A DNA stretch of 64,000 nt. Origin: an uncultured Gammaproteobacteria bacterium. Lineage in GTDB: Bacteria > Patescibacteriota > Microgenomatia > UBA8517. This document shows positions 9,697 to 19,800 of this stretch, one piece after another. The DNA lies in contig CAZRJH010000001.1 in assembly GCA_964600575.1 (NCBI GenBank), positions 92,651 through 156,650 on the forward strand, written 5' to 3'. Position 1 is the first letter of the stretch. The number at the start of each line of letters is the position of its first letter. Position numbers and translations under genes: made by a program. Below the pieces are notes generated by a model, which had not been told where the DNA came from, searched no databases, and saw only the letters and a list, made by a program, of their open reading frames with translations.

Positions 9697-10962
9697 ATGG
9701 CAAAGATTTCAAGAATTTGGGCAAGAGAAATTTTAGACAGCAGAGGTATCCCTACTGTGGAAACTGCCGTAATGTTGGATAACGGTCTTATTTCGGTTTC
9801 TGCCGTCCCTTCGGGTACATCAACTGGAACTCACGAAGCGTTGGAACTTAGGGATACCGACTCACCTAGGTTTCTTGGTCACGGTGTACAAAAGGCGGTA
9901 GAAAATGTGGCAGTATTGGGTCAGGCGTTAACGGGAATGGATCCCCAAGATCAGTTTGGAATCGACAAAAAGCTTGTTGAGTTGGACGGAACGGAGAATA
10001 AATCCAAATACGGTGCAAACGCAATTCTTTCTATTTCTCAGGCGGTTACAAAAGCCGGTGCGGCCTCGGCAGGACAACAGCTTTATGCTTGGGTTTTTGC
10101 ACTTGCCGCAAAAGGAGGAATAACAAAAAGTGTCAAAATGCCCGTACCACTTTTTAACATGATTAACGGTGGACTTCACGGAGCGGGAAATTTGGATTTT
10201 CAGGAGTTCTGGTGCATTCCGGCATCCAATAAAACTTTTAATGAAGGACTTCAGATTGGTGCCGAGGTTTATTTAAGCATCGGCGAAAATCTTGCCAGAC
10301 GCGGTGCAATTCACTCGGTAGGTCACGAAGGCGGCTACGCCCCTAACCTATTTACAAATGCGGACGCTTTCGAAGTCTTTGTGGAGTCGATAAAACAAAC
10401 AAAATATTCATTAGGAAGAGATGTCTTCTTGGGCTTAGATGTTGCCGCCAACTCTTTTTACAAAGGCGGCGAATATGTTATCAAAGACAGAAGCAGCGGA
10501 ATGGACGATAATCAACTTTTGGAATATTACAAAGGTTTGTATGACCAATATAAGCTCGCCATCTTGGAAGATTCGTATCAAGAAGATGCTTGGGATAGCT
10601 GGAAGAAAATTTACGGCGAAATGGGATCGCAGATGGTTGTTATGGGTGACGATCTTTTGGTTACAAATCCGAAGCGCGTACAAAAAGCTATCGAAGAAAA
10701 AGCTTGTAACGGTGCAGTTATCAAACCCAATCAGATAGGTACGGTAACGGAAACTTTGAATGTAGTAAAAATGGTTAGAGAAGCAGGTTGGAAAGTTCTT
10801 GTATCCCACAGAAGCGGAGAAACAAACGACAGTTTTATCGCCGACTTTTCTGTAGGAGTCGGAGCCGATTATGCAAAGTTTGGTGCCCCTGCCCGCGGCG
10901 AACGTGTTGCCAAGTACAACAGACTTGCCGCTATCGAAGTTGAACTTTCGAGAGTTAAGTAA
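9697..10962 (+). CDS. eno: enolase
   Basis: REILDSRGIPTVE, KPNQIGT, SHRSGET, ERVAKYNRL. Confidence 0.97.
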   Translation: MAKISRIWAREILDSRGIPTVETAVMLDNGLISVSAVPSGTSTGTHEALELRDTDSPRFLGHGVQKAVENVAVLGQALTGMDPQDQFGIDKKLVELDGTENKSKYGANAILSISQAVTKAGAASAGQQLYAWVFALAAKGGITKSVKMPVPLFNMINGGLHGAGNLDFQEFWCIPASNKTFNEGLQIGAEVYLSIGENLARRGAIHSVGHEGGYAPNLFTNADAFEVFVESIKQTKYSLGRDVFLGLDVAANSFYKGGEYVIKDRSSGMDDNQLLEYYKGLYDQYKLAILEDSYQEDAWDSWKKIYGEMGSQMVVMGDDLLVTNPKRVQKAIEEKACNGAVIKPNQIGTVTETLNVVKMVREAGWKVLVSHRSGETNDSFIADFSVGVGADYAKFGAPARGERVAKYNRLAAIEVELSRVK

Positions 10963-10982
10963 TGTTTATCTCATAGAATCAT

Positions 10983-12641
10983 ATGAACCAGGATCCTCCT
11001 AAATTTGTGCTTCTAGTTGTGGCGGATGGCTGGGGAATTTCTGCTCCCGGGCCGGGGAACGCTATTACACAAGCGGAGACTCCAAATATGAATAGATTCC
11101 TGGTAAGTTACCCCCATACGCAACTCGGGGCGTCTGGAGACAGTGTGGGGTTGCCTCACGGAGAAGTCGGTAATACGGAAACAGGACATTTAAATCTGGG
11201 TGCGGGCAGGATTGTTTATCAGGATCTTCAAAGAATAAACATGAGCATTGCGGACGGCACATTTTTTATGAACCAAACTCTAATCGGAGCAATCGAGTAT
11301 GCAAGGGCAAATGGGGGGAATCTGCATTTGATGGGCCTTGTGGGCGCTGGTGGTGTTCACTCTAACATAGAACATCTTTATGCACTTATTGATATGGCCA
11401 AGAGAAATAATTTTGATAGAGTGTTCTTACATTTGTTTACGGACGGACGTGATTCTCCGCCAACTGCGGCAAAAACCTACGTATCCCAAATAAGAAAAGT
11501 AGTTCAGCAACACGGGCTGGGGCAAATCGCAAGTATTATGGGCAGATATTGGGCCATGGACAGAGATTTAAGATGGGAAAGAACAGAGAAGGCCTACAGA
11601 TGCCTTACAAAAGGTGAAGGTATATTGGTAAAAACACCCGAAGAGGCAATTGATATGTCATACGGCGAAGGTAAAACAGACGAATTTATTCCACCGTCCG
11701 TTATAACAGACGCAACAGGTAAACCGTTAACTACAATTAAAGAAAAAGATGCGGTTGTGTTTTTTAACTTTAGAATCGACAGACCACGCCAGCTGGCGCG
11801 CGCATTTGTTTTTGAAGACTTTGCAACTGCAAATATTTCGGTCGGTTTTGATCCATATAAAGTTAAATACGAAAAATCTCATCTTACGGAAACTCCCAAG
11901 GTTGTGCCCGAACCTTTTGCGAGAGGACCTCGCATAAAAGATCTTTATTTTATAACTATGACCGAATACGGAAAACCAATTACCGATGCTGGAGCAAAAG
12001 TTGCATTCCCACCCGAAACGGTAGCCCTACCATTGGGTAGTGTGATTTCTGAATACGGTTACAAGCAGTTAAGAATGTGTGAAAGTGAAAAAGAAAGGTT
12101 TGTGACTTTTTATTTTAACGGACAACAAGAAACTGCTTTTTTGGGTGAGGATCGACTTATAATTCCTTCACCGAAGATTGCCACATACGACTTGATGCCG
12201 GAAATGAGTGCAGTAAAAGTTACCGAGGCGCTCTTGCAACGCCTAAAAGATTTTCCTGACTACAAATTTGTACTGGTAAACTTTGCAAACGCCGATATGG
12301 TTGGACACACAGGCAATATCGGTGCGGCAGTTAAGGCTTGTAAGGTTGTTGATGATTGTTTGGGTAAGCTTGCGTCTTGGGTTTTGGCATACGACGGCTT
12401 GATGATTATTACGGCGGATCACGGTAATGCCGAAGAAATGATAGAGGCACAAACGGGAGAAATTGAGACGGAGCATAGTTCTAATCCCGTACATTTTATT
12501 GCAATCTCTAAATCACTTGCAGGTAAAAATCAAACACTGACATCAGGGATACTTGCGGATGTTGCTCCCACAATTCTTAAAGCACTAAAATTGGAAGTTC
12601 CTTCTAGCATGACGGGTAGAAATCTTCTAGAGAATTTTTAA
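10983..12641 (+). CDS. gpmI: 2,3-bisphosphoglycerate-independent phosphoglycerate mutase
   Basis: DGWG, GNTETGHLNLGAGR, TDGRD, GRYWAMDRD, DMVGHTG, TADHGNAE. Confidence 0.96.
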   Translation: MNQDPPKFVLLVVADGWGISAPGPGNAITQAETPNMNRFLVSYPHTQLGASGDSVGLPHGEVGNTETGHLNLGAGRIVYQDLQRINMSIADGTFFMNQTLIGAIEYARANGGNLHLMGLVGAGGVHSNIEHLYALIDMAKRNNFDRVFLHLFTDGRDSPPTAAKTYVSQIRKVVQQHGLGQIASIMGRYWAMDRDLRWERTEKAYRCLTKGEGILVKTPEEAIDMSYGEGKTDEFIPPSVITDATGKPLTTIKEKDAVVFFNFRIDRPRQLARAFVFEDFATANISVGFDPYKVKYEKSHLTETPKVVPEPFARGPRIKDLYFITMTEYGKPITDAGAKVAFPPETVALPLGSVISEYGYKQLRMCESEKERFVTFYFNGQQETAFLGEDRLIIPSPKIATYDLMPEMSAVKVTEALLQRLKDFPDYKFVLVNFANADMVGHTGNIGAAVKACKVVDDCLGKLASWVLAYDGLMIITADHGNAEEMIEAQTGEIETEHSSNPVHFIAISKSLAGKNQTLTSGILADVAPTILKALKLEVPSSMTGRNLLENF

Positions 12642-13303
12642 TCCAAATTTTCCTCTATAGTTTTGGGGGTAAGTTTCTTGTGTTTTATTACCTCAATTGC
12701 AACTGGTAGAAGAGAGAGAGCTATTATACCAAGAACAAGGTAGTGGAAGTTCTCCTGCACTACAGGAATGTTTCCAAAAATATAACCCATCCAGAGGAAT
12801 AATGTAACCCAAATAATTCCGCCGACTACATTGTAGGTGACAAATTTTTGATAATCCATTCTTGCGAATCCGGCAACAAAAGGAGCAAATGTACGAACAA
12901 TCGGAACAAACCTTGCCATAACAATGGCTTTATTCCCGTGTTTTTCGTAGAAGGCCTCAGCTTTCGCAAAATACTCCTTTTTAATAAACCTGCTTTCTGA
13001 CTTGGAAATCCTTGGGCCTATTTTGTGGCCAATCCAATAATTTACTGTGTCTCCGACAATTGCGGCTACCAAAAACAAGGGATAAAGAATTAATACATTC
13101 ATATAATTTGCAGCTGCCAAAGCACCTGCAGCAAAGAGCAAAGAGTCTCCCGGTAAAAACGGAGTAACAACAAAACCCGTTTCCATAAAGACAACCAAAA
13201 ACAGAAAAGCGTATATAAGAACGCCGTATTCCGATACGGCTAAAGAAAGATTTTTATCTAAATGGAGGAATAAGTCCGCAATTTTTAAAATAAATTCTTG
13301 CAC
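12638..13303 (-). CDS. DedA family membrane protein
   Basis: ETGFVVTPFLPGDSLLFAAG, ARFVPIVRTFAPFVAG. Confidence 0.94.
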   Translation of the reverse strand: MQEFILKIADLFLHLDKNLSLAVSEYGVLIYAFLFLVVFMETGFVVTPFLPGDSLLFAAGALAAANYMNVLILYPLFLVAAIVGDTVNYWIGHKIGPRISKSESRFIKKEYFAKAEAFYEKHGNKAIVMARFVPIVRTFAPFVAGFARMDYQKFVTYNVVGGIIWVTLFLWMGYIFGNIPVVQENFHYLVLGIIALSLLPVAIEVIKHKKLTPKTIEENLD

Positions 13304-13375
13304 TCCACAATTCTACATTTTGTTTATACATAAGACAACACTAAACAAAGTAGTTTGAAGAAAACTTAGCAATTT

Positions 13376-13999
13376 TTAGTTTGTGGAGTATCTTCTTACA
13401 AGCCCTACAACCTTTCCTTGGATTCTTACATTTTTAACGAAAATCGGTTGCATTTTGGCATTGGCGGGTTCTAACCTTATTCTTGTGGCCTCTTTAAAAA
13501 ATCTTTTGAGTGTAGCCATGCCGTTATCAAGAAGTGCCACTACAATTTGACCGTTTGTTGCATTTTCCGTTTGCTCGATTATTACATGGTCCCCATCCAT
13601 TATTCCGTCTTCTATCATGCTTTCGCCCCTAACCTGCAAAACATAAGTTCTTTTTTTGCCACTTACCATACCTTGGGGTATACCCATTGTTGCGTTGGGG
13701 TCGGTGTAGGGTTCTATGGGGGATCCGGCTGCTATAAATCCAAGAATTGGTGCTTCGAATCCGTCTTTAACAAAGTTGACATCTCCTTCGCCTAACTCAA
13801 TTGCCCTAACTTTGCCGGACCTTCTTTTAATTAGTCCTTTTTCCTCGAGCGCCTGTAAGTGTTCGTGTACCGTTGCCAGAGAAGAAACTCCTATCGCATC
13901 TGCAATCCCTCGAAGTGTTGGGGCGGAGCCGTTGTTTTGAATATATTGTCGGATGAAATCTAAAATTTGTTGTTGTCTTTTGTAAACTATTAGTGCCAT
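13376..13999 (-). CDS. lexA: SOS repressor LexA (start moved to MALIV)
   Basis: RQQQILDFI..APTLRGIA HTH; IAAG cleavage site; GESM Ser; TLKR Lys. Confidence 0.95.
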   Translation of the reverse strand: MALIVYKRQQQILDFIRQYIQNNGSAPTLRGIADAIGVSSLATVHEHLQALEEKGLIKRRSGKVRAIELGEGDVNFVKDGFEAPILGFIAAGSPIEPYTDPNATMGIPQGMVSGKKRTYVLQVRGESMIEDGIMDGDHVIIEQTENATNGQIVVALLDNGMATLKRFFKEATRIRLEPANAKMQPIFVKNVRIQGKVVGLVRRYSTN

Positions 14000-14009
14000 A
14001 TCAAGATTA

Positions 14010-14075
14010 AATTTACAAATAAAACCCGAACGGGTCAACTGGATCTTTTATAATCAAAACCGAACAAAAGCCGAA
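14010..14075 (-). promoter_or_regulatory. lexA promoter with candidate direct-repeat SOS boxes
   Basis: Minus strand TTGACC-17-TAAATT; TTCGG-N6-TTCGG at 14060-14075; degenerate TTCGG-N6-TTTGT in the promoter spacer. Confidence 0.55.
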
Positions 14076-14078
14076 GTT

Positions 14079-15047
14079 TTAGTATTTGTCAGTAGCTACA
14101 AGCATATGTGGGATGGTCATTTTGTTTTGTCTACCAAGAGTTACTGCAAGTGTCCAAAGTAAGGAATCCGTTTTGCCTTCTGTGATTCCAAGATTGTCGG
14201 ATAATTTTTTACCTATTACGATAGAGGCTGCTCTAAGAGCTTTTTCGTCAGGGCTTCCGGTTTCCAATATCTCCCCGTCTAAAAGTTTTTGATTAAGTTC
14301 TTCAGATAAATTTATTGCTTCCATGTTGTACATAAGTTGGGGGAGTCTATAATCCGCCATAACAGTTAAATTTTCCGTTCCTGTGATGTTGGAACCAAAT
14401 CTTCTTTTTAATACTCCATCTAACATATTAACGGCAAGTTGGGACCTTTTTTGAAACTCGTCTTTAAAAAAGGGTGTTCCGTTTAAAAACGCTAAAATAA
14501 ATTTGGTGTCATACTTTGCGGCAGATAAAAATTGATTTACATCCAAAAAACCCATTTTTTCCAAATTGTGTGCAAATCTTGCAATCCTCGTTCCTCGTTC
14601 TTCTCCCATAAAAAAATCAGAGTTTTCGTCTAGCTGTGCGACACTGCGCCATTTCTCCGCGGTCATATTTGCCACCTCCGAAGTTGAATACCAGGATATT
14701 CCCGATTCGGTCATTGCTTTTTTAAGCCCTGTAGAACGGAAAACTTTTGAACCCTGGGATGACCTGTAAACATAATCAGTTTTTGTATACGGATTTTGGT
14801 AACAAAAATTTACAACATTGAAAAATAAATTTAAGCCAAGTTCATCTTCGGCGGACAACGAATCCTCGGAAAATTCGGTAGAAAGGTTGGCGGAGTCAAA
14901 TGAACGCAAGCTTTCCGTTAGAACACCGTCAACTGCTTCACTATTGATCTGTAAAATATCGTGGGAATTTTCTAATATTTCGGAAGCAACAATTCGTAGG
15001 TCTTTTGCTGAAGTTTTTATTCTCTCCGGCATACGGCTTTTTAACAT
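14079..15047 (-). CDS. queuosine salvage family protein (Qng1/DUF2419-like)
   Basis: FFNVVNFCY, F-x-KRSQL, TVMADYRLPQ, E-x-ALRAAS, DSLLW motifs. Confidence 0.8.
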   Translation of the reverse strand: MLKSRMPERIKTSAKDLRIVASEILENSHDILQINSEAVDGVLTESLRSFDSANLSTEFSEDSLSAEDELGLNLFFNVVNFCYQNPYTKTDYVYRSSQGSKVFRSTGLKKAMTESGISWYSTSEVANMTAEKWRSVAQLDENSDFFMGEERGTRIARFAHNLEKMGFLDVNQFLSAAKYDTKFILAFLNGTPFFKDEFQKRSQLAVNMLDGVLKRRFGSNITGTENLTVMADYRLPQLMYNMEAINLSEELNQKLLDGEILETGSPDEKALRAASIVIGKKLSDNLGITEGKTDSLLWTLAVTLGRQNKMTIPHMLVATDKY

Positions 15048-15113
15048 TACAAAATAATCAAGTCAATCAGTATTTAATTGGACACAGCTTCGCTGTGGTA
15101 GAATTGAGGCTGT

Positions 15114-17138
15114 ATGAAGAAATTTGAACTTGTATCCAAGTACAAACCGATCCCAGATCAGGAAGATGCCGTCAAAAAAATTGCGTCAGGTGTGGAAAAA
15201 GGAGAAAAATATCAAACACTTTTGGGTGTAACGGGTAGCGGAAAAACTTTTACTATGGCGAATGTTATAGAAAAAGTTCAACGCCCTACACTTATCATTT
15301 CACACAACAAGACCTTGGCTGCGCAGTTATATCAGGAAATGCGGGATCTTTTTCCTAAAAACGCAGTGTCATATTTTGTTTCCTACTACGACTATTATCA
15401 ACCCGAAGCATATATCCCATCCACCGATACTTATATAGAAAAAGATGCGGATATAAACGAAACTATAGATAAACTACGCCTTGCGGCAACCGCCAATTTG
15501 TTAACCAGAAACGATACCATTGTCGTTGCCTCCGTTTCTTGTATCTATAACATCGGCTCCCCAAGAGAATATGGACATTTTGTTTTTGAATTCATGGAAG
15601 GGATGAAAATCGGCAGAGAGCAAATTATCGATAGAATAGTAGATCTTCAGTACGAAAGGAGTGAGTACGGATTTAATCGGGGCACATTCAGAGTTCGCGG
15701 AGATGCCGTTGATATATATCCGGCTTATATGGATCAAGGGATTCATATTGAAGTAACGGGAGACAAAATTTCCAAAGTAGAAACAATTGACCCTTTAACA
15801 GGTAAGGTTATAGAAAACAAAGAGCAGTACGAAACAAAGTATGTTTTGTATCCTGCTAAGCATTTTATGACCAACCCCCAAACTTACAAGGAAGTTTTTG
15901 AAGTTATTAAAGAAGACTTAAATAAACGAGTCAAAGAACTTAAAGCTCAAGGAAAAAATTTGGAAGCTCACAGACTTGCTCAAAAAGTTACATACGACAT
16001 GGAAATGGTCCAGGAGGTGGGTTATGTAAAAGGAATAGAAAATTATTCCAGATATTTCGACGGCAGAACCCCCGGGGATGCCCCTTTCTCTTTGTTGGAT
16101 TATTTTAACGAACCTTATAAAAACGATTGGATGCTTATAGTTGATGAGTCGCATATGACATTCCCCCAGGTTAGGGGAATGTACAACGGAGACTTGGCCA
16201 GAAAACAAACTTTAATAGATTACGGATTCCGTTTACCGTCGGCATTGGACAATAGACCCCTAAGGTTTGAGGAGTTTATGAGGAGAATCCCCAACTTTGT
16301 TGCGCTCTCCGCAACCCCCAACGATTGGGAACTAAGTATGAGCGGGGGTAAAAAAGTTGAGCTTTTGGTTCGCCCTACGGGAATTCCCGACCCAGAGGTG
16401 GATATTAGGCCTGTAAAAGATCAGGTTTCGGATGTGATAGAAGAAATCAAAAAGACGGTTGCCAAAAAGCAAAGAACTTTGGTTACAACTTTAACCAAAA
16501 AAACGGCAGAAGATTTAACAAATTATCTAAACGAGCAGGGATTAAAAGTTCAATATCTTCATTCCGATGTTGCAACTTTAGATAGAACGGACATTTTGGA
16601 CGATCTTAGGGCAGGTAAATATGATGTTCTGGTGGGAATAAATCTTCTAAGAGAAGGGTTGGACTTACCAGAAGTTAGTTTGGTGGCAATACTCGATGCC
16701 GATAAAGAAGGATTTTTAAGAAGCGATGTTACTTTGATCCAAACAATGGGGAGGGCGGCACGCCATGTAGAAGGAAGAGTGATAATGTATGCAGATAGAA
16801 TTACCGGGTCTATGGATAGGGCGTTAAAAGAGGTTGGAAGAAGGCGGAAGTATCAAATTGAATACAACAAAAAACACGGAATAACCCCCAAAAGTATAGA
16901 AAAGGCAATAAGAGAGAAGCTGGTAGATAGAAGCGAAAAAGAAACACCCTCCTGGGTATTTGGTGCAAAAGAGCATGTTTACGAAAGCTTACCTCACTTG
17001 GAAGTGGATGCCATGACCCCGCCCGAAAAGAAAAGACTAGTTAAAAATTTACAAACGGAAATGCGACTTGCCGCACAGGATTTAAACTTTGAATTAGCCG
17101 CGGAGATAAGGGATAAAATAAGGGAGATTTCTATCTGA
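15114..17138 (+). CDS. uvrB: excinuclease ABC subunit B
   Basis: GVTGSGKTFT, YYDYYQPEAY, DESH, GINLLREGLD, C-terminal FELAAEIRD. Confidence 0.98.
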   Translation: MKKFELVSKYKPIPDQEDAVKKIASGVEKGEKYQTLLGVTGSGKTFTMANVIEKVQRPTLIISHNKTLAAQLYQEMRDLFPKNAVSYFVSYYDYYQPEAYIPSTDTYIEKDADINETIDKLRLAATANLLTRNDTIVVASVSCIYNIGSPREYGHFVFEFMEGMKIGREQIIDRIVDLQYERSEYGFNRGTFRVRGDAVDIYPAYMDQGIHIEVTGDKISKVETIDPLTGKVIENKEQYETKYVLYPAKHFMTNPQTYKEVFEVIKEDLNKRVKELKAQGKNLEAHRLAQKVTYDMEMVQEVGYVKGIENYSRYFDGRTPGDAPFSLLDYFNEPYKNDWMLIVDESHMTFPQVRGMYNGDLARKQTLIDYGFRLPSALDNRPLRFEEFMRRIPNFVALSATPNDWELSMSGGKKVELLVRPTGIPDPEVDIRPVKDQVSDVIEEIKKTVAKKQRTLVTTLTKKTAEDLTNYLNEQGLKVQYLHSDVATLDRTDILDDLRAGKYDVLVGINLLREGLDLPEVSLVAILDADKEGFLRSDVTLIQTMGRAARHVEGRVIMYADRITGSMDRALKEVGRRRKYQIEYNKKHGITPKSIEKAIREKLVDRSEKETPSWVFGAKEHVYESLPHLEVDAMTPPEKKRLVKNLQTEMRLAAQDLNFELAAEIRDKIREISI

Positions 17139-17164
17139 CAAGAGGCTCTATCTAAACGAAAATA

Positions 17165-17611
17165 CTATTTAGTTTCTTTTAATAAAGATACTTTAACCCC
17201 TTTAGACTCCATAATAGCGGAGGCTTTTTGCAAAAAACTTTCTTCGCTTTCGTTGTGTTCATAAAAATAAAGATGAAGGGCCAAAACCCCTTTAAAAACC
17301 GCTCCGTCGCTATATAGCCTTTCCGTGTGTCCGTTATAAGGGAGTCCAAGTGTGTGCGCCATTTCTTCTGCAAGATTAGAGTTGGGTTTAACGGAAAGCT
17401 CGGAAATATTAATATTGGCCATATTTTGTATCGAGTCTTCGGCGGGTTGGTTGATTCGTAGCGGGATAATAACCGAATCGTTAACTAAAATTCCAAGAAA
17501 GTTTTTTCTTTCGGTACTTTGAATTATTACCGTTTTCCCATATCTGGTATCCCCGCTTTCTTTAAGCAGGTTTGTCAGTTCATGTTTTGTGCCCAGTAAA
17601 AATTCACCCAT
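17165..17611 (-). CDS. hypothetical protein
   Basis: 148-aa ORF with TATAAT 8 nt upstream of ATG. Confidence 0.6.
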   Translation of the reverse strand: MGEFLLGTKHELTNLLKESGDTRYGKTVIIQSTERKNFLGILVNDSVIIPLRINQPAEDSIQNMANINISELSVKPNSNLAEEMAHTLGLPYNGHTERLYSDGAVFKGVLALHLYFYEHNESEESFLQKASAIMESKGVKVSLLKETK

Positions 17612-17650
17612 GGGTGTGGATTATATAGGCCAGAAAGAAAAAATGGAAGA

Positions 17651-18130
17651 CTATGCGATCCTGGTAGAGCCTTTAAGATCGTCTATTTTAACGGGCTGAA
17701 TTCCAAAGATCATCATTTTATTTTTAGTTAACGCAGCCACTCTAAAACCGATTGTATTGGCCAGATTTACCATTGCCCCTAACTCGGCCAAGTTTTGGTC
17801 CATATCGGGTTGCATGGGGACTTCTTCTCGTTCTCCGGGTTCGCTCGAAATAATTTCTTTAATTTTAAACATAATTGGCGTCATGGGGGCGGCATAATCG
17901 AGCGTACTACCCAAAATTAAACTGGTATTAATATATATGCCTTCGGGTAGGCCTGTTCTTGAGTCGTTTTGGGTTAAGCTAATAAACGAAAAGACAATGC
18001 CCTCGTCTGTTACTTCGGGATAAGTTACAAATTTTTGCTCGTCTTCCATGTTGCCCGGGAGTCTTCTAACCGCATCATGCCATCTTTTCGGGGGTTTTGG
18101 GGGCTCGGGATATGTATCCCTTTCTGTCAT
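17651..18130 (-). CDS. hypothetical protein
   Basis: 159-aa ORF with TATAAT 7 nt upstream of ATG. Confidence 0.6.
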   Translation of the reverse strand: MTERDTYPEPPKPPKRWHDAVRRLPGNMEDEQKFVTYPEVTDEGIVFSFISLTQNDSRTGLPEGIYINTSLILGSTLDYAAPMTPIMFKIKEIISSEPGEREEVPMQPDMDQNLAELGAMVNLANTIGFRVAALTKNKMMIFGIQPVKIDDLKGSTRIA

Positions 18131-18166
18131 ATAGGCTATTATATTCTTGGTTTGTTTGTTGTCAAA

Positions 18167-19747
18167 TTAATGCAAAGTTCCCAAAAGTAAAAAGTTGTCA
18201 TCTTCTTCTATAAGTCTTGTCGACAAAGATTCTTTAACAAACAACAAAGTTTTTTCTTGAACGGTTTTTTTGTTTACTAGAATATATCCCACATCAAATT
18301 TGTCGGTAAAGCCGGACTCCAAAGGTATACAAACTAATGTTTTCTCGCACTTTATTAGTTGTTTTACAAAAGCGTCTTCCAAAAGAAATTCCAAAGTCTC
18401 GGGTTTTACATAACTTAGATAGCCGCCAATTAAAGGTTTTTGAAAAATAATTTGTGAAGTTAGCATTTTGTAATCAAAGTCACCGTTAGGTTGATTAAAA
18501 GAATCCATTGATCCAAAGGGTAAAAACAAAACGTTTCTGGAGGGCTCGGTACTTAGACGGGAAAAGACAGGGTTGGTTTTTAGATTTTCAAATTTTATCG
18601 AGGGTACAAAGAAAAAGTTTTGAAAAATGCACAACGCAAAAATAGTATAAACAAAAAGTTTAGACTTTCCTGCAAACAGGTAACTAAATGAAGTTGCGGC
18701 AAAAACGCTTGCTGCCAACATTACTATTAAACTAAACCTGACTGGGGATCTAAAAAGCGAGAAAACGGGGAGGTTTTTTAAAATTTGATAAGGCATAAGC
18801 TCCGACTCAAAAATCATTTTGCCCGCAATATTTATGCTGTTTCCCAAGGATAGCAGGAAAAAGCCCAATGCAAGGCCAAGGAAAATTTTAAACTCAGCAC
18901 CGACGCGGTACTTTTTGTGTATAACTAAGTAAACAAAAGAAGCCAAAGTTATAAAACCCAAAAAAGGAATTGTAAGACCATAATAATGCTCGCTTACCGT
19001 TTTAAACGGCCAAAAATACCCGAATACATCGGCGGAAATAAGTTTGGCAGAGTCGGGCTCTTTTGGTAGCGGGTGTAAGCCAAAACTATTTTTGTTTAAT
19101 AAAATTAAAGGGGTTACAAATATTATCGTAACAAGCAAAGTCCGAAACATTTTTTTAAAAAAGTTAACTCGATTTTCCGATTCAAAAATGTAATAAAAAA
19201 ATGCGGTTGCCAAAAGACCTAATATTGTAATCAAAAAAGTTCTGTAGTCCCCATATGCCGACAGGGCCAAGAAAACTCCGAGGGACAAGTAATTTTTTGT
19301 CGACAAGTTTTCTTTTAAAAGTTTAAATAAAAAGTAAAAACAAAACCCCAACCACTGCGTTCCCAGAAGATCGATTTGTCCAAGCCCAAGTATATTTAAT
19401 CTGTAAGAACTAAAAGTAAAAATAATCGAACCCGCAATTGCCGCGTATTTGGATTTAGCTAAATATTTCAAAAATACATAAAATCCTAAAAAGGTTAGAA
19501 CAAACGAAAAAACAACCAAAAAGTTATATGAACCTGTCGGGCCAAAAAATATATAAAAGGGTAAACTCAGAATCGTGTTTAGTAACGGAACTTCTAGATT
19601 TAAAGAAGCGCCTTGGGGTGCAAACAAAAAGTTTGTAAAAAACAAACCCCACTTTCCCAGCAACGCTTCGGAGGAATGCCACAAAAGCCACAAGTATGCG
19701 GCCGCATCCTCGGCTCCGATTTGTGCGAAAGGATAAAAACCCGACAT
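18167..19747 (-). CDS. multi-pass membrane protein, GT-C/YfhO-like; 5' end possibly frameshifted
   Basis: Many TM helices, D-x3-YLWLLWH, RSPVRF, KPLIGGY motifs. Confidence 0.65.
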   Translation of the reverse strand: MSGFYPFAQIGAEDAAAYLWLLWHSSEALLGKWGLFFTNFLFAPQGASLNLEVPLLNTILSLPFYIFFGPTGSYNFLVVFSFVLTFLGFYVFLKYLAKSKYAAIAGSIIFTFSSYRLNILGLGQIDLLGTQWLGFCFYFLFKLLKENLSTKNYLSLGVFLALSAYGDYRTFLITILGLLATAFFYYIFESENRVNFFKKMFRTLLVTIIFVTPLILLNKNSFGLHPLPKEPDSAKLISADVFGYFWPFKTVSEHYYGLTIPFLGFITLASFVYLVIHKKYRVGAEFKIFLGLALGFFLLSLGNSINIAGKMIFESELMPYQILKNLPVFSLFRSPVRFSLIVMLAASVFAATSFSYLFAGKSKLFVYTIFALCIFQNFFFVPSIKFENLKTNPVFSRLSTEPSRNVLFLPFGSMDSFNQPNGDFDYKMLTSQIIFQKPLIGGYLSYVKPETLEFLLEDAFVKQLIKCEKTLVCIPLESGFTDKFDVGYILVNKKTVQEKTLLFVKESLSTRLIEEDDNFLLLGTLH

Positions 19748-19800
19748 GGTAGTGAATAAATTCTAACCAGTTTTTGATGAATAACAAAATAAGGGATGAT

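Noticed and set aside
2439-12641. Sugar-phosphate/glycolysis cluster as a novel system
   Set aside because: Well-known core enzymes; small motif variants (DASHNP, enolase GHEGG) retain the catalytic residues.
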